From contig NC_068997.1 of assembly GCF_001194135.2 (NCBI RefSeq), positions 21,518,790-21,556,119 of the forward strand: a stretch of 37,330 bases of DNA, written 5' to 3'. A model generated the notes under the pieces. The model ran no database searches. It was given only the letters and a program-made list of their open reading frames with translations, and was not told where the DNA came from. Source of the stretch: Octopus bimaculoides (taxonomy: Eukaryota). Positions 33,855 to 37,330 of the stretch are shown one piece after another. How positions within the stretch are numbered: position 1 is the stretch's first letter; each line of letters starts with the position of its first letter. The position numbers and the translations under genes were made by a program.

Positions 33855-34409
33855 TATATGTGTTTGTATCTGGTGTTGTTTCTCTTGGTCAACAAGTAAG
33901 TGTTATTGCAGTTGGGGAGTGAGGAGAAATAATATGAATAAAGGGAGGAAGAATCAGCGTGAAGAGGAGAGAAAATCGAGTAAAATCTCCAAGACATTGG
34001 ACATGATGTCTAACGGAGTTTTGTTTGGTTACTTAATGTTGCGAGTTGCAAACCAGTGACAGTCTGCTTTGTGTTTCATATTTCCGGTGGTAATGAAATA
34101 AAGTACAGATTAAATAAAGTACCTGTCAAGTACGCAAGATTGATTTATATTCATTTAATGGAGTGAAGATGTGAATGGAAATACAATAGAAGGCATATTA
34201 ATTGCCTTGACAAACAATCTAGATGTTGTTTAAAGGAATTAAATTTATTTCGAGAAGATGGTCATTTTTTTATAACCGAGTCTACAGAGTAGTCGTTACG
34301 TGGTCACATGACATACTAAAAACTAACCATAAATAGCAGACACTATATCTTTTACAAACCTACAACAGTTTGGATAATGTGTTACTACAAGCATTATATC
34401 CCTTATCTT

Positions 34410-34808
34410 TCACTGGTTTCATTCATAGGACTCCAGCCATGCTGGGACATCTCCTTGAAGGGTTTAGTTGACCAATTCAATCCCAGTACTTAGCTAATTT
34501 TTAACTTTGGGACTTATTCTGTCGGTTTCTTTTACTGAACCATGAATTACAAGGAAGTCGTCAAATTATCACTGGTTATTAAGTGGTAGGGAGACGTATG
34601 CTTCAGTATATAGGGCGAGTTGAGTACAGAGCATCATATTCTTTTCTACTCTAGGCACTAGGCCCGAAATTTTGGGGAAGGGGGTCAGTCGATTAGATCG
34701 ACCCCAGTACGCAACCGCTACTTAATTTATCGACCTCGAAAAGAGAAAAGCATAGTCGACATCGGTGGAATTTGAACTCAGAACATAAAGACAGACGAAA
34801 TACCGCAC
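34410..34808 (-). mobile_element. Family-C tail fragment (34410-34580) and family-A SINE (34637-34808)
   Basis: GATCGACCCCAGTACGCAACCGCTACTTAATTTATCGACC...GGAATTTGAACTCAGAAC is the reverse complement of the family-A core and B box. Confidence 0.8.
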
Positions 34809-35867
34809 AGAGCATAATATTAAATTAAATAAATAACAAAGTAATGGGAGATTTTGGAATGAACTACACTAGCTTACAGCTGTTTCACTGAAAATTGAGT
34901 GCATGTGCCTCATTTGTAATTTCTTCATAGTTTCAAAAATAAAGTGGTAATTTATTTGGGAAAGTATTTACGTACAGAAGCATATTCGAAGCTCCAACGA
35001 AGTTATAAGGTGAAGTTCATGCGCTCATTTTTAGCTGCACTGCACCTTATAGGTAAAGCAGCTATAAGCTAATTGAGTTTATTGCATAATCTCTTGTTCC
35101 TTTGCCTTTTATTGGATTTATTATCTCTATATACTTATATATATATATATATGCAGAAGTGAGAGCGAAGAGAGAGAGACGCAGGTATGGTTAAGCAAAT
35201 AAGAATTTCTCTTCCAAAATTCCATTACCATGTCACAGAGGTCAGGTGGATAGCGAACGCCATTTATGTTTACAATGAGCTGTGGCCATGCTGGGGCACC
35301 ACCATATAATGTTGCTGCATAATCTTACCTATATATATTATTAATATTTTAATTATATTGATATTTATTGATATTTAGTTGGCATGAGTTTCGCAGGTTG
35401 GCACTTATCAAACTAGTCTCAGGTCTTCAACCTGTAAGTTTATTCAGCTCTTGATAAATAAATATATTTCCCTCTGGAGTGTTCTAGAACGAATCATTAT
35501 AATGTCACGTGGATAATTCAAATAATTTGCCTGTGATGTCGTTCAATAAGCAAATACATCGATAAATAAATTAGTAAATAAACAGAGATGACAAAGAAGA
35601 AATTTTGTGCGTGTCAATACACACACACACACACACTCACACACACATGTAGGCGCACACATCCCCCACAAAAAAAACATTCGCACATATATATGAGAGA
35701 GTGTATATGAATTATGCGTATAGCTGTATGTGTTTATATATGTGGATACATGTATACATGCCAACGCACGAAGCTCTCAGACCTTGAGTCACTCTGTTAC
35801 TTCTGCAAAATATTAATGAAAATATACATACACTCACATTTTGAGTTGTATTTTTCCTATGTGCATG

Positions 35868-35907
<40 letters not shown>

Positions 35908-36613
35908 NNNNNNNNNNNNNNNNNNNNNNNNNNNNNNNNNNNNNNNNNNNNNNNNNNNNNNNNNNNNNNNNNNNNNNNNNNNNNNNNNNNNNNNNNNNNN
36001 NNNNNNNNNNNNNNNNNNNNNNNNNNNNNNNNNNNNNNNNNNNNNNNNNNNNNNNNNNNNNNNNNNNNNNNNNNNNNNNNNNNNNNNNNNNNNNNNNNNN
36101 NNNNNNNNNNNNNNNNNNNNNNNNNNTATATATATGATATTAAAATTAATAAATGTGCGAAAATTTATGTCAACACAACATTATCAAGGTAAACTATATT
36201 GGTGAAATTCTAAGTGAACACCTGAAAGAATTTTAGCTGTTAAGAAACGCTAACAAATAAAAACGTTAGACGAAATTTAACTTTAGACATTCATTTATTC
36301 AACCAAGAGCAACGTCATTGAATAACTAATTTAGTTTGTAAAAATGAAATATAAAAATTACCATAGCAATTCTATATATTTTGACAAATTGAAATCTACA
36401 CAGAAATACAGAAGAAAAGAACTAACGTAGAAAATGAGTATATTTATCAAATAAAGTTGATGACATCACTAGATATTTAAAGAACAAAAACTGCAGACAA
36501 TATTTTTTCGTTATGCTTACTATATATATATGTATATAAGGATTTATTTTTCGTATTGAGATTAAAAAAAAAAACAAGGCTATGTGCATTATAGAACATT
36601 TATAAATAGGTCT

Positions 36614-36660
<47 letters not shown>

Positions 36661-36729
36661 TTATGTAATCATCTACGTTTTGTTTTATCTCGGGAGGATA
36701 TATTGTGTCAATAATAAACGCATTTACAG

Positions 36730-36797
36730 TTTTATGCTCTATCACTGAAGAAGTCGAGAAAGGCGATGAAATGACAGCTTTTAGCAAACGCGACTGA
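36730..36797 (+). CDS. Possible terminal coding exon (phase 1: xLCSITEEVEKGDEMTAFSKRD*)
   Basis: CATTTACAG| acceptor and a charged, protein-like reading. No homology recognised and no downstream AATAAA seen. Confidence 0.12.
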
Positions 36798-37293
36798 TTC
36801 ACTGATTAAGGAGACATCGATTACTGAGTTGGTTAAATAGTTGATTCATAGAAAGAAGTGAAAATGAACTAACGCGTGTGTTTATCACAGGCATAACCAC
36901 TCACCTGTTATACAACAAATCTATTTCAAGACACAATATATATATTGTATGTGAGTGAGTGAGTGTTTGTTAATGTGTGTATGTGTAATACGCCTACACA
37001 CAGATGCCCGCGCGCACACATACACGCACAAGCACACACACACATACAGATACGATAATTGTGGATGTATGAATGTGTGTATATATGCATGTGTTTATAT
37101 CTGTGAGTGTATGTATAAATATATGTGTGTGTATATGTATATGCATATGTATATGTATATGTATATGTAAATATATATGCATGTGTGTATGTGTTGAGGT
37201 CAACGTTGCCTTTCATCCTCTAAGTTTAGCTCCATGTGGGCAATAATATATGTAAGTTTATATATGCATGAAAGTTTTTATATATACATACAC

Positions 37294-37330
<37 letters not shown>

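Noticed and set aside
33809-33895. 87-nt plus exon candidate with TTAGCAG| and |GTAAGT; also LINE-RT-like words on the minus strand
   Set aside because: The acceptor and about half the exon lie within a family-D SINE body. At most an exonisation candidate, and the RT resemblance is coincidental.

Overview
AT-rich, microsatellite-saturated eukaryotic DNA with 10 assembly gaps, most abutting simple repeats. The repeat landscape (tRNA-derived SINEs with (TTA)n tails, CA/TA/GA/TAA arrays) looks like a coleoid cephalopod, probably Octopus; this is recognition from memory, not a database result. No intact long ORF is present, and nearly all ORF-track entries are microsatellite or gap artefacts. Supported content: roughly 25-30 SINE copies or fragments from about 4 families, often in head-to-tail trains; a decayed Penelope-like GIY-YIG endonuclease (28917-29360, -); a decayed Tc1/mariner transposase HTH fragment (31110-31372, -); a Helentron/DINE-1-like fragment; a piggyBac-type MITE end; and several mini- and microsatellites. 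The most interesting unexplained signal is a multiply disrupted minus-strand frame at 3140-3591 whose motif order resembles a secreted IL-17-like cytokine pseudogene. Weaker candidates are frame-preserving microexons (22019-22027, 22409-22426, 27502-27525), a perfect palindromic RFX X-box and a signal-peptide sORF. All gene-level calls are hypotheses that need RNA-seq or HMM searches.
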